Of a DNA stretch of 64,000 bases, positions 27,532 through 39,870 are shown piece after piece. The number at the start of each line of letters is the position of its first letter. Position 1 is the first letter of the stretch. Source of the stretch: Scyliorhinus canicula (lineage: Eukaryota); NCBI RefSeq assembly GCF_902713615.1, contig NW_024056027.1, positions 62,001 through 126,000 on the forward strand, in the 5' to 3' direction. The translations under genes were made by a program, and so were the position numbers. The notes under the pieces are model-generated. The model was not told the origin of the DNA. It saw only the letters and a program-made list of their open reading frames with translations, and searched no databases.

Positions 27532-27603
27532 GTTTCTGCAGTACATCAGTTTTTACATTCGCCTAACGTGCGAAAGGTGCCTCGTTCGAAACTGGCAGAA
27601 GCA
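27532..27603 (+). pseudogene. tRNA-Val(AAC) pseudogene
   Basis: gtttctg...ttcgc ct AAC gt gcgaa aggt...gttcgaaac..gcagaagca; D-arm destroyed; shares the ~200-bp 5' flank of the 52-54 kb Val copies. Confidence 0.75.
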
Positions 27604-27835
27604 TTAAATGCATTTATTTAAAAGAAATTTAGGGGGGGGGGAATTTAGCGTGGCCAATCCACCTAACTCACACATCTTTGGGTTGTGGGGGTGAAACCCA
27701 CACAGACACGGGGAGAATGTGCATACTCCACACAGACAGTGACCCAGGGCTGGGATTCGAACCCAGGTCCTCAGCACCGTAGGCAGCAATGCTGACCACT
27801 GCCATGCCACGTGCTGCCCTAAATGCTTCCCATAC

Positions 27836-28215
27836 ATGATGTGGCAATGCCAGCGTTGGACTGGGGTGAGCATGGTAATAAGTCTTACAACACCAGGTTA
27901 AAGTCCCAACAGGTTTGTTTCAAATCACTAGCTTTTGGAGCGCAGCTCCTTCCACGGGTAAATGAAGAGGTGGGTTCACAAACATATAGAAAAATTCAAT
28001 GATGCAAGATGGTAATTTGAGTCTTTGCAGGCAATTAAGTCTTTACAGGTCCAGATGGTGCGACTGGAGAGAGGGATAATCACAGATTAAAGAGGGGTGT
28101 GAATTGTCTCAAGCCAGCACAGTTGGTCGGATTTCATGAGAGCAGGACAGATAGTGGGAGGGTGAATGTAATGCAACATAAATCCTAGGTCCCGGTTGAG
28201 GCTGTAGTCATGTGA
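27836..28215 (-). mobile_element. Penelope-like element 3' portion
   Basis: Minus strand gives HDYSLNRDLGFMLHY (PLE GIY-YIG C-terminal-like) plus the terminal repeat also seen at 53410 and 63892. Confidence 0.65.
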
Positions 28216-29039
28216 TATTTGGTTTGTGTTTCCTGTCTGTAAATCCTGTCTCATTCAATGTAAAAGGAGTTTACAAAGGCCACCACTATCAGTCCAGGTT
28301 AGAAATTCAGAACAGTTAATTCCAGTTTCTGGGGAACACTTTTTTCTCTCTTCTGTCCCCAAAGCTGTAAATCCCCGTCCCACACATTCTCCCCCCTCCC
28401 TCTGGGGCTGAAATCCAAACAAAGTATTAGATCATTATTTCTGTATCCTGTTACCAAATTTAAATAATTAGAGCTAGGAATATGCTTTATAAGTCACTTC
28501 ATCCATGACTTGTGACAGATATTAATCTGAATCACCCTGACTGAGCACACAGAATAACTTGTGTCCAGAAATGACTGTGTGGAGATTTGATGAACAATTG
28601 CAAAGGTCGTTTCTCCAAATCTTCCAGGGTTTCCTTTGTTCTTCCTCTCGAACTAAGTTATACCGGATATCAGACTCAGGGTCCATTCTGGTTCTCTTCC
28701 TGCTGACTAAATAATTTGAATCAAATATGGAGAAGACTGAATCCACTCTAAAGTCCCTGCTCCAACCTTCATTCCTGACATACCGACTCCATCCTTCTCC
28801 ATGGCAACAGTCTGAGACTTAGCCAGTCTCTTTGTAAACTTTGTTTCAAACTTGATCCAATATGAGCTTCTGACCTCATAGAATTTACAGTGCAGGAGGA
28901 GGCCATTCGGCCCATCAAGTCTGCACCGGCCCTTGGAAAGAGCATCCCAGCTAAGCCCACACATCCACCTATCCCCGTAACCCCCCCTAACCTTTATAGA
29001 TACAGAGGCAATTTACCATTGTCACCTCCCAATTCGACA

Positions 29040-29370
29040 ATTCCATTACACACCTGGCTGCTCTCCCACATTCTCCCTCTGAAACTTAAAGCCATCCAAA
29101 AGTCTACTACCCATGTCTTAATTCACAGCAAGTTCCTTTCCTCTATGATCTCTGTGCTCCGAGACTTGCATTCGCTCCCAGTCAATTCTCACCCTTGTTT
29201 TCAAACCCCTCCATGGCCTTGTCTCTCCCTGTGTCTGTCATCTCCTCCAGCTCCACAACCCCTGAGATATCTGCACAGATCTGATCTTGGACTCTTGTCC
29301 ATTTCCGATTCTAATTACTCCACCATGGTTTTAAGTTCCCTCGGCCCCAAGCACTGAATTCCCGCCCTAA
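29040..29370 (+). mobile_element. L2 LINE 3' fragment
   Basis: LKAIQKSTTHVL...SMISVLRDLHSLPV resembles L2 LQ.IQN.AAR.L...ITP.L..LHWLPV. Confidence 0.65.
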
Positions 29371-29519
29371 ACCTCATAAATCATCCCAGTCAACTTCACA
29401 GGATTTATGATGTTAAATGTGTTATATAAATAGAAGTTGTTGTTGTTGACTGTAACCCTGACCTCCTGTTTTACAATATCCCACTGGTTTCACAACAAAC
29501 TCTATCTCTGATGTTTTGC

Positions 29520-30200
29520 AGCCTCTATAAAGACGGCGGCCGCTAACTCAGGCCTGTCACCGGGAGCAGGCTGCAGCGGTCCGCCCGCTCGATGCAAACC
29601 CGGGCCCGAAAACAACTTCTTGGGGTGTGGAGCCTCCACCGGGGACACTGCGCATGCTCCAGCTCACAACGCCCAAGGGAGTGATTGACGGCAGATCTGG
29701 GCCAATAGGACGAGAGGGGTGGGCCGGGAGGCCGCAGCAAACCCCCACCGCCGATCGGCGTGAATGAGGGGCGGGGCTGAGGCCGGTCTCCCACGTGAAC
29801 TGGAGCATGCGCAGTACCGATGATAACGCAGGCTGCAGGAGGTTGAGTGGATATCCTCAGGTGGTCAAATTCCGTCGGGTAAGTCATGAGAGAGGGATGG
29901 AGCCGGCGGATGGGTTGGGAGGCTTCATAAACACTCCGTGTAGCCCAAGCCCCGAATACGAAGCTCGGATACGGCAGTTGAACCGGTGAAAGCTGCTCGG
30001 GCTTTTCACCTAAACAGGCCCGGGCGGCCCGGCGCATGCGGAAGGAGCGAGAGCCCTGGCTTTGCTCCGCCTCCCATTCACTCTGATTGGCTGGAGTACC
30101 AGCCTCTTGTTCGGGCTTCCAGGCCGGCCCCCTCTTCCTATTGGTCCGAACCCGCCGTCAATCAGTCCTCGGGCATTGTGAGCTGGAGCAAACCCTTCAC
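29520..30200. promoter_or_regulatory. CpG-island promoter upstream of the 32-kb ZNF gene
   Basis: High CpG; GCGCATGC motifs at ~29650, ~29806 and ~30031; GC box ~29768; CCAAT/ATTGG boxes; YY1-like aagacggcggcc ~29531. Confidence 0.72.
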
Positions 30201-31954
30201 CATCATTGTCAGCTCCCTGGTTTGCAGCTGCGGAGCTTCTCCCTCCCTCCCGGGAACAGGCCCAGGTTAACGGGCAGCATCCTGCTTCACACACTGGAGG
30301 GTGGTTCACATCACAGGATGGGGGAGGGGGGATAATAAATAAGAGTTTACACTTTGCACTCAAATCAATCAGGACTCTGATCTCTGGCAAGGAAGGAAAC
30401 CCTGGCAGGTGGGCGGGGAGGATTCACAAACACCCGCTGGAGGCCCCAAGCCCCCTGTATCCTGTCGGTGATGGATTTTGTAAAATTATTTTTACAGGAT
30501 ATCAGAGGATTTACAGACTCAAAACTCAAACCAAACTTCACATCAAGATGCTTTAGTGATCTGATTCATCAGAATCTGAATATCATCAGCCTTTGTATAC
30601 AGAAGGAGAAATGTTTGTTCCGTTCTGTCTGTGGAAAAAGATCTGAGCCATCAGTGTGAGTGAGAAAACACCAAGATACGCAAATACCCGAGAGAGTTTC
30701 CAATGTGCTGACCCTGGAAAGAACTTTCACCAGCCTGAAAGCAAAACAACAGCATTCACAATGAGTAGTCACCCTGGACATATACTGTGTCAATGAGGCT
30801 TCAACATTAAGACCCATTGATTTCATTGTCAGTCTGCAGACAGGAGCTGGAGAACTGAACCCAGGCAGAGGAGAGGGAGGGAGAAAACTGGGAGTGGAGG
30901 AAAGAAATGGTGGAGATGGTGAGATGGGTTTGGATTTCTGCCCAGGGAGGAGGGAGAGTGTGGGATGGGGATTTACTGCTTTGGGGGAACAAGAGAGCAA
31001 AAAATGTTCCAGAGAAACTAGAATTGTCTGTTTAGAATTTCTATCCTGGATTGACAGTGATGACTTTTGTAAACTCCTTTTACAGTGGGTTAGAACTGGA
31101 GAATTTGCACACAACAAACTGAACCCAACGGAAAGGTTTGTTTCTCTGAGAATTCTATTCTGCATTGGCAGTGATGACTTTTGTAACATGAGAGATTACA
31201 GCTCTCGGGAAAGATTAAATGGAGTGGGGCCTTTTTTCTATCGACAACAACAAATTAAGCAGTGACCTGCTATAAATCTTTAAATTGTCTGTAGTTTGGA
31301 GAGGGGCGATGTGAGAGAGTGATCATCAATAAACTACAAGTCATAAATACAATATAGTTAAGAATAAATCCAAGGGGACAATACGGACAAAATTATTTAT
31401 CACAGGTTCAGAATGTGCAACTCATTACCACAGAAAGGAGTTGAGGAAAGTGCTGAGATGTTTCCAAAAGGAAAAGGGACAAGCACATGAGAGAAAATGG
31501 AATCGAAAATTAGCTGAAAGGCTGAGATTTGATAGGTGTGACAGTCGGAGATGTGTGCCGAGTATTGACAGCAGCAGAATCTGTGACAGAATGGTCTGTT
31601 TGTGTCTTATATATTCACAGTAATTCAATATAACCTCCTTTTACAGAATATTTGCAGATACAAACATCATGTCGAGATCTGACAGAATCACTTGATTCAT
31701 CAGGACCGGCCTTTCAACGTGGAAGGAGAAATGTTTGTCTGTTTTGTCTTTGGGGGAAAATTTCAAAAATCACTGTGATTGGAAAAGCACTGAGACACAG
31801 ACATGTAAGTAATTTTCCACAGTTAGCTGGAACTGAGCTTTAACCAATCACATAGCATGAAATTAAATTGCAGCATTTACATCAGGGAGACACCGTACTC
31901 AGGCTTCAGCTGATGATCCAAGTTGGAGAGACATAAGGACATTTGCACCAAAGG

Positions 31955-32075
31955 AATCAAGAAGCAGCAATAGGACATTCAGCCCCGTGAGCCTGTTCCA
32001 CCATTTAATAACATCACGGCTGATCTGATAGTGACCTCAAATCTGCATCCCACCTACACCTGACAACTTGTCGAT
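31955..32075 (-). mobile_element. CR1 3'-tail fragment inserted just before the ZNF start codon
   Basis: gcagcaataggacattcagccccgtgagcctgttccacc; splits the family sequence gcacca|tggagaaa. Confidence 0.6.
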
Positions 32076-32079
32076 AACC

Positions 32080-33102
32080 ATGGAGAAACCGTGGAAATGT
32101 GGGCACTGTGGGATGGGATTCAATTACCCATCTGAATTGGAAACTCATCAACGTATTCACACTGCAGAAAGGCCATTCACCTGCTCTGTGTGTGGGAAGG
32201 GATTCACTCTGTCATCCCACCTCCTGAAACACCAACTTGTTCACACTGATCAGAGACCGTTTAAATGTGCTGACTGTGGAAAGAGCTTTAAACGCAGCAA
32301 TTATTTACTGAGACATCAACGCACACACACAGGAGAGAGACCATTCATCTGCCCCGTGTGTGGGAAGGGATTCACTCGGTCATTCCACCTCCTGACACAG
32401 CAACTTGTTCATACTGATCAGAGACCTTTTAAATGTGCTGACTGTGAGAAGAGCTTTAAAAGCAGAAATCGTTTACTGTTACATCAACGCATTCACACTG
32501 GGGAGAGGCCATTCGCCTGTTTGGAATGTGGGAAGGGATTTAATGCTTCATCAAACCTCCGGGGTCACCGTCAGGTCCACTCTGACCAGAGACCGTTAAA
32601 ATGTGCTGACTGTGAAAAGAGCTTTAAAAGCAGAAAGGATTTACTGGCACATCAACGCACTCGCACTGGAGAGAGGCCATTCACCTGCTCCGTGTGTGGG
32701 AAGGGATTCACTCTGTCATCCGAACTCCTGAGACACCAACTTGTTCATAATGATGAGAGACCTTTTAAATGTGCTGACTGTGAGAAGAGCTTTAAAAGCA
32801 GAAATGATTTACTGACACATCAACGCACTCACACTGGGGAGTGGCCATTCATCTGCTCCGTTTGTGGGAAGGGATTCACTCGGTCATCAATCCTCCTGAG
32901 ACACCAACTTGTTCATACTGATCAGAGACCTTTTAAATGTGCTGACTGTGAGAAGAGCTTTAAAAGTAAAATGCATTTACTGAGACACCAACGCACTCAC
33001 ACTGGGGAGAGGCCATTCACCTGCTCCGTGTGTGGGAAGGGATTCACATGTTCATCCCAGCTTCTGCAACACCAGCGAGTTCACACTGGGCAGAGACTGT
33101 AA
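32080..33102 (+). CDS. C2H2 zinc-finger protein, 12 finger units (2 with a lost His)
   Basis: ORF from ATG at 32080 (MEKPWKC); alternating CSVCGKGF and CADCEKSF fingers; frameshifted finger relics continue to ~33250 and ~33640. Confidence 0.88.
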   Translation: MEKPWKCGHCGMGFNYPSELETHQRIHTAERPFTCSVCGKGFTLSSHLLKHQLVHTDQRPFKCADCGKSFKRSNYLLRHQRTHTGERPFICPVCGKGFTRSFHLLTQQLVHTDQRPFKCADCEKSFKSRNRLLLHQRIHTGERPFACLECGKGFNASSNLRGHRQVHSDQRPLKCADCEKSFKSRKDLLAHQRTRTGERPFTCSVCGKGFTLSSELLRHQLVHNDERPFKCADCEKSFKSRNDLLTHQRTHTGEWPFICSVCGKGFTRSSILLRHQLVHTDQRPFKCADCEKSFKSKMHLLRHQRTHTGERPFTCSVCGKGFTCSSQLLQHQRVHTGQRL

Positions 33103-34374
33103 TCTTGCCCCATGTGTGACAAGAAATTTACTCAGTCATCCCGCCTGACTACACACCAACTTGTTCACACTGACCAGAAACCTTTTAAATGTTCTGACTT
33201 AGAAAAGAGGTCTAAAAGTAAACCAAACCTGCAGAAACACCAGCGAGTTCTGAAACAGAATCATAGAATTTACAGTGCATGAGGGCATTCGGCCCATCGA
33301 GTGCAGCGGCCCTTGGAAAGGTCACCTTACTTAAGCCCATACCTCCAACCTAACCCATAACCCCACCTAACCTCATGTGCACGTTTTTGGACTTGTGGGA
33401 GGAAACTGGAGCACCCGGAGGAAACGCATGCAGACATGTGGAGAACGTGCAATCTCCACATAGACAGTGAGCCAAGCCGAGAATTCTGGGACCCTGGAGC
33501 TTTGAAGCAACAGTGCTAACCACTGTGCTACAATGTGGCCCACACGTCGGAGCGGTCCTGGGGAGAGGCTGTTTAACTGCTCTGTGTGTAGGAGGAGATT
33601 CACTCAGTCAAACAACCGGCACAGACATCAGCAAGTTCACAGGCAACAGCAGGGTTTGGATTCAGCTGTTGTTGCTGCTGTTAGTCACATCCAGGACTGA
33701 ATGATGCCTGGACGTCTGTTTCCAGTGGGTCGCCACAGTTTTCCGGGATATATCAGTGATTTAGACTGAAATGTATGCACCAGGATTATAAGTTGCTGAT
33801 GTGTTTTAGACAATGAGGGACAAAGCCATGGACTGGGTCAGGTGGACAGAAAAGTGGTGAATGGAAATTTAGATAATGAGAGGTTAGGAACACACTTCAG
33901 TTAACTCCCGATAGAAATAAGGTCACTTCAGGATAATAGAAAAAACTGATTGGTGGGGAAGTTACAAATAATCCTTTTCTTAAAAAAAAATTCAGAGTAC
34001 CCAATTATTATTATTTTTTTCCAATTAAGGGGCAATTTAGCCTGGCCAATCCACCTGATCTGCACATCTTTGGGTTGTGGGGGTGAAACCCATGCAGACA
34101 TGTGGAGAATGTGCAAACTCCACACGTACAGTGACCCAGGGCTGGGATTCAAACCCGGATCCTCAGCGCCGTAGTTCCACTGCTAACCATTGCTCCACGT
34201 GCTGCCCTAGCTACAAATAATTCTAATAACTTAATTGAACAGTTCTCAAATGGAAAGGCAGTCGACCACATTAAAACTAAGGATCTACAATAGACGTTTG
34301 ATCTATAAAGTCATATTTTGGGCAAGATTATAAACAGAGGGCATTCATTTAAAGTGATTAGAAAAAGAAGCAAT

Positions 34375-34850
34375 GCTGAGCAAGGCTAGGAGAGTGGGCA
34401 AAGAAGTGGCAGATGGAATACAATGTGGAAAAGTGTGAGGTTATGCACTTTGGAAGGAGAAATGGAGGCATAGACTATTTTCTAAATGGGGAAATGCTGA
34501 GGAAATCACAAACACAAAGGGACTTGGGAGTCCTTGTTCAAGATTCTCTTCAGGTTAACGTTCAGGTGCACTGCAGCCTCACTGCGCCGAGGTCCCAGGT
34601 TCGATCCTGGCTCTGGGTCACTGTCTGGGTGGAGTTTGCACATTCTCCCCGTGTTTGCGTGGGTTTTGCCCCCACAACCCAAAGATGTGCAGGTTAGGTG
34701 AATTGGCCACACTAAACTGCCCCTTAATTGGAACAAGTGAATTGGGTACTCTAAATTTAAAAAATAATATTAAAAAAAAAAAAGTTAACGTGCAGGTTCG
34801 GTCGGCAGTTCGGAAGGCAAAAGCAATGTATTCATGTCGCGAGGCGTAGA
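34375..34850 (+). mobile_element. CR1 RT fragment split by a V-SINE (~34571-34785)
   Basis: MEYNVEKCEVMHFGRRN; gttaacgt(t/g)caggt duplicated around the SINE. Confidence 0.75.
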
Positions 34851-35435
34851 GCCAGGTATTTCTAATACACTTAATATAGGTAAAAGATAGCTGTTTAAGC
34901 ATAAATATTAAGCCCCAGTTTTATATTAAGGATTAAAAAACACATATTCTGCAAATTCATTGACATAGTTTTAAAGTAACACAGAAGTCTGATAAGACAA
35001 ACACTTTTCATTACATTTCTCCAAGGACAAAGGCTGAATCTATGGCAACGAGGTGGCAGGAGTGAAGGTTTTACTGTTCTCATGCCACTCGAGATTAGGG
35101 TGAATCACATTCCATAACTTATACAAGCTGAAACATTTTAGACTATGTTGCCTTGTTTTTAATAAATGGACAGTTAGAACATCAAATCAAATATATTTGA
35201 TTCCAACATTCTCAAAACATAACAATTTCATAGAAGCAGCATAATTCACTTTACTAGATTACAATAGACAGTTTGATTTACATTTATCAAGTCATTGTCC
35301 AGCATGGCATGACAAGATAACATGAAATCTCCATTGTTACAATAGTCAAGTCAGCTGAAAACCAGTTTTTGATGAAGCACAATATCGCATTCTTTAACAT
35401 GCACAAGTGTGCAGATAGGCAACAATTAGAAGTAA

Positions 35436-36032
35436 TGTTACATATTGAAGATGGACGGCTGCCGTCAAATCAAATGTGTTTGAGTCTAACCCAAACCAAT
35501 TAGGATTATATTGGGGTGTGATCAGACGACTTAAGACAGATATCAAACAGTATAACTAGAGAGTTTTTGTTTTGCCATTTTAGGTTTAGTTTCAGGGTTA
35601 GTTTTTGGATAATTTTTGGGGGGTTAATTTTAGCTTTTGAGGAGAATAGTTTTTGAGGATAATTTTTGGGATGGTGGGGTAGGTAGCTTCAGTTAGTCTT
35701 TGGTAGGTTTTGTTGGTAGGTTAGAAGCATCTGTACTTTGATCTTAACTGTTCACTTTCTCTCTGTATTCACATTTCATTTTCAGACTTTGACTTTTAAA
35801 AGTTTTATGTTTCGAGCTGTTTGTCTAAGAAGATCATTCCTGTGATTCTTTGAAAGCTTCAAATTGTCTACAAACTGCCTTTTAAAAGACTTTCAAGTTG
35901 CAATCAATAGAAGACAAATAAAACAATTCTTGTTTGCACCTGACAAGTTTTAACTCAAATTTCGAATAAGTTCCAGTAATCGCAAGTGCAGCTGGTAACC
36001 TTGAATGGTTTTTCAAAATCCCTCAACTAACA
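35436..36032 (+). mobile_element. Candidate solo LTR
   Basis: TGTTA...TAACA inverted termini; AATAAA ~35917; G/T-skewed interior; no TSD found. Confidence 0.35.
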
Positions 36033-36049
36033 CAGTCGAATCCTTCAAG

Positions 36050-36715
36050 AGGGCTAGAATACAAGACCAGGGATATACGTCTGAGGCTATATAAGGCTCT
36101 GATCAGACCCCATTTGGAGTATTATGAGCCATTTTGGGCCCTGTATTTGAGGAAAGATGTTGGCCTTGGAAAGGGTCCAGAGGAGGTTTACAAGAATGAT
36201 CCCTGGAATGAAGAGCTTGTTGTATGAGGAACGGTTGAGGACTCTGGGCCTTGGAAGGATATGGGGGAATCTTATTAAAACTTACGGGATACTGCGAGCC
36301 CTGGGTAGAGTGGACATGGAGTAGATGTTTCTACTTTGAGGAAAAACTAGAAGCAGAGGACACAATCTCAGACTAAAGAGTAAGAAGTCTTACAACACCA
36401 GATTAAAGTCTAACAGGTTTGTTTCGACTCACTAGCTTTAGGGGCACAGTTCCTTCTTCAGATGACGAGGGGGAATTAAAACAGATGAGGAGGAATTTCT
36501 TCAGCCGGAGGGTGGTGAATCTGTGGAACTCTTTGCCATGGAGGCCAAATCACTGAGTGTCTTTAAGATAGAGATAGATAGGTTTTTGATTAATAAGGGA
36601 TCAGGGGTTATGGGGTGAAGGCAGGAGAATGGAGATGATAAAAATATCAGCCATGATTGAATGGCGGAGCAGATTTGATGGGCCGAGTGGCCTAATTCTG
36701 CTCTTATGTCTTATG
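36050..36715 (+). mobile_element. CR1 3' portion with a Penelope-like terminal insert (~36380-36465)
   Basis: RLYKALIRPHLEY... RT C-terminal remnant; CR1 3' UTR ending ttatgtcttatg. Confidence 0.75.
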
Positions 36716-37100
36716 ATGTGAAGAAAAACATTCTGTGCTGCATGTGGGATCATGAATGCACTGCTCGAAAATGTGGTGGAGGCAGATTCAATTGATGCCT
36801 TGAAAAGAGAATTGGACAACTATCTGTTACTGTCAGATCAGCCATGACCTTATTAAATGGTGGAGCAGACTGGGCTGAATAGCCAACTCCAGCTCCTTGG
36901 CCATCTGTTCGTTTCTTTTGAGGAGAAAAATATCTGCAGAGTTCAGGGCCAATGACAGGGGATTGTGACTGTTGCAGAAAGTTGGCACAGATACAATTTG
37001 TTGAGTGCCTTTGTTTTGTGCTGTCACCTTTCTCTGCCACTGTGTTATGAGGGAAATGCAGTGCACCAATGCAAGAGAGGCAGATTGCTCCCTCGATATG

Positions 37101-37762
37101 AATTGGATTTGTTTATTGTCACGTGCACCGAGGTACAGTGAAAATTATTATTCTGCGAGCAGCTCAAACAGGTAATTTTATACATGAAAAGAAAGTAAAC
37201 TAAAAAGAAAATACATAATAGGGAAACACAAGGTACACAATGTAAATACGTAGACAAAGGCATTGAGTGAAGCACACAGGAGTGTAGTATTAATCAGGTC
37301 AGTCCAGAAGAGGGTTGTTTAGGACTCTGGTAATAGCAGGGAAGAAGCTGTTTCCAATCTGTTCGTGCGTGTTCTCAGACTTTTACATCTCCTGCCTGAT
37401 GGAAGAAGTTGAAAGAGTGAGTAAGCCAGGTGGGAGGGGCCTTTGATTATGCTGCCCGCTTTCCCAAGGTCAGCGGGAGGTGTGGATAGAGTCAATGAAT
37501 GGGAGGCAGGTTTGTGTGATGGACTGGGCTGTGTTCATTACTCTCTGAAGTTTCTTGTGGTCTTGGGCCAAGCAGTTGCCATACCAGGCTGTGATGCAGC
37601 CAGATAGAATGCTTCCTAAGGTGCATCTGTAAAATTTGGTAAGAGTCAGTATGGACATGCCAAATTTCCTTAGTTTCCTGAAGAAGTATAGGCGCTGTTT
37701 TGCTTTCTTGGTGGTAGCGTCGATGTGGGTGGACCAGGACAGATTTTTGGTGATGGAAACCC
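37101..37762 (-). mobile_element. Rex1/Babar-type LINE 3' portion
   Basis: LTKFYRCTLGSILSGCITAWYGNC...KKLQRVMNTAQSIT; aataaac-aaatcc tail; short sibling tail at ~26590-26690. Confidence 0.75.
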
Positions 37763-38374
37763 TGTGGCCCAGTGCAGGAGAGGCTGGTTGTTGGGCAGTG
37801 TGAGCTGAACATACATGGCTGGATAAAGACTGAGGCAGATGTCAAGACCCTTGGAGTGAAAACAGGTCTGGACAGGTCTGGAGGGAATGGGTCAAAAAAC
37901 CTGTGGAGTTGCATTTTGCATGAATCGTGAGTGTGACCCAGTCACAATTATGAACAGTAAATAAACTTATCACTGGTTTGTTGAGATGATATACCGTGTC
38001 CCAGATGTTGTAAATACTGTACATACTGTAGATCAGCCTGCTTGCTGCCCATGTCTAAGTGATATCAGAATAATGTGCTTCTGTATTAAATAAAGTATCC
38101 AAACCTCTCATTGTGCTTCATGCCCAGCATCTTGCCTAACTGTTTTGCTAACTTGGAAATAGAATCTTCCTGTTTACTAATTGCTCTCTATGGTGGCTGT
38201 GTTACCCAGAATCCCCCACGCTGCAGAAAGTTCCCTATCAGTGAGTGTACGATGCCAGTGCACAGGTGCAGTGTGGGTGTGTGCTCTGAGCATGCTCAGT
38301 GTCAGTCATGGTGCGAGTGAGGAGGAGCTGGGTTGAACACAACAGTGAGCTGTACCCCTGTGAGAAGGGCATCT

Positions 38375-38520
38375 CCCAATCTCTGTTTGACTCTCCTGCA
38401 GCTTCCTGTCATGGTTGAGTTGGACAAGGAACTCTCATCATTTGAGCTGGAAAAGGCCATTGATTGCTGAGCAAGCAGAAAGGTGCCCGGCAAGGATGGA
38501 ATTCCAGCTAAACTGCTCAC
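38375..38520 (+). mobile_element. RTE-type LINE fragment
   Basis: QLPVMVELDKELSSFELEKAIDC*ASRKVPGKDGIPAKLL matches the RTE pre-RT motif. Confidence 0.65.
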
Positions 38521-39307
38521 ACACAGAAAGTCCCATCGACTGTCACACCTTCCTGCCCTCCCCTTTTGGGCTGTGAGATTGGTCCACGGAACATGTGTGA
38601 TGCAATAAAAACAGCAGTGACAGAGGAGACAGCATCAACTACAGGAACATCTCACTCCTTAGAGTCAGGGGAAGACCTTCACTTGGGTGATGTTTAAAAG
38701 ATTCATCTACTTGCAAACTGAGTTTATCCAGAAGCACAGTGCGGTTTCTGTGCTGACAGATCTACAGCGAACATGATCTTCTCCACACACCAGCTACAAG
38801 GGAAGTGAACAATTGGGATTTGATCTAAAGTGTTTGTGCTGAGAAAGTGAAATGTTCTAATTACTGAGTGAAAGTAAACCTTTCAGTGTGAATCACAATT
38901 TACTGGTACAATTGGAAAAGGCACCAAAATGTTTCAATCTCTGAAGATAAACTTCAGCCTTGAAGTTATGTTTCGGAGTTCACAAGCTGTGGGAATCTTT
39001 GTGAATGTTTCCTCTTCCCTTTTGTAAACAAGCAGAGAAGTTAACCCTTTCCCCTGACAGCACAGCAACAATTTGAAATAAAGACTTTGACTTTTAAAGA
39101 TTTGACTTTATCCCATTTGTTGGGGTCATATTTCCGGTCATGCGAGTCATTGCGGGTAGGATGACAATTTACCGAAACATTTTTTAAATCATCTAAATCT
39201 TTATTGTCACAAGTAGTCTTACATTAACACTGCAATGAAGTTACCGTGAAAAGTCCCCAGTCAGCACATTCCGGAGCCTGTTCAGGTACAGAGGGAGAAT
39301 TCAGAAT

Positions 39308-39447
39308 TGTCATGTGAGAGTATCTTTAAGAACTGGGTGTTTATCAAATAGCTGCAGTGAAGACAGACAGCCCAACTCCACCCACACTCTGATATCACTG
39401 CAGCTATTTGATAAACACCCATTTCTCAAAGCTACTCTCACATGACA
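39308..39447. mobile_element. 140-bp palindromic TG...CA mini-element with 4-bp TSD, inside a SINE
   Basis: 53-bp arms (39308-39360 and 39395-39447, 3 mismatches), 34-nt loop, GAAT duplicated on both sides. Confidence 0.85.
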
Positions 39448-39719
39448 GAATGTCCAAATTACCTAACAGCATGTCTTTCGGGATTTGTGGGGGGGGGGAA
39501 GCTGGAGCACCTGGAGGAAACCCACGCAGACATGGGCAGAACGTGCAGACTCCGCATAGACAGTGACCCAAACTGGAATCGAACCTGGGACCCTAGCGCT
39601 GTGAAGCAACAGTGCTAATCACTGTGCTACTGTGCCACCCCTTTAAAGGTCCTTTACCTTGGGTGGGAATTCCCAGTCTCGGGTTGGGGGAGGTGCGGGG
39701 GGGCAACCGGGAAAAAAAA

Positions 39720-39870
39720 TCCCTTCCCACTCTCGGAGCAGTGAACGGTCTCCAGTGTGAGCACGTTGGTGAGTCAGCTGGTTCATTTTGCTTCGAAAGC
39801 TCTTCTCACAGTCAGAACACATAAAATGTCTTGTGTCAGAGTGAACATGTTGGTGTGAAGTGAGATGGGT
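39720..39870 (-). pseudogene. Zinc-finger relic
   Basis: HQHVHSDTRHFMCSDCEKSFRSKMNQLTHQRAHTG, then decay. Confidence 0.7.

Noticed and set aside
35575-35610. Telomere-like TTAGG/CAGGGTTAG run
   Set aside because: Only one or two degenerate units within a G/T-rich element; not an interstitial telomeric array
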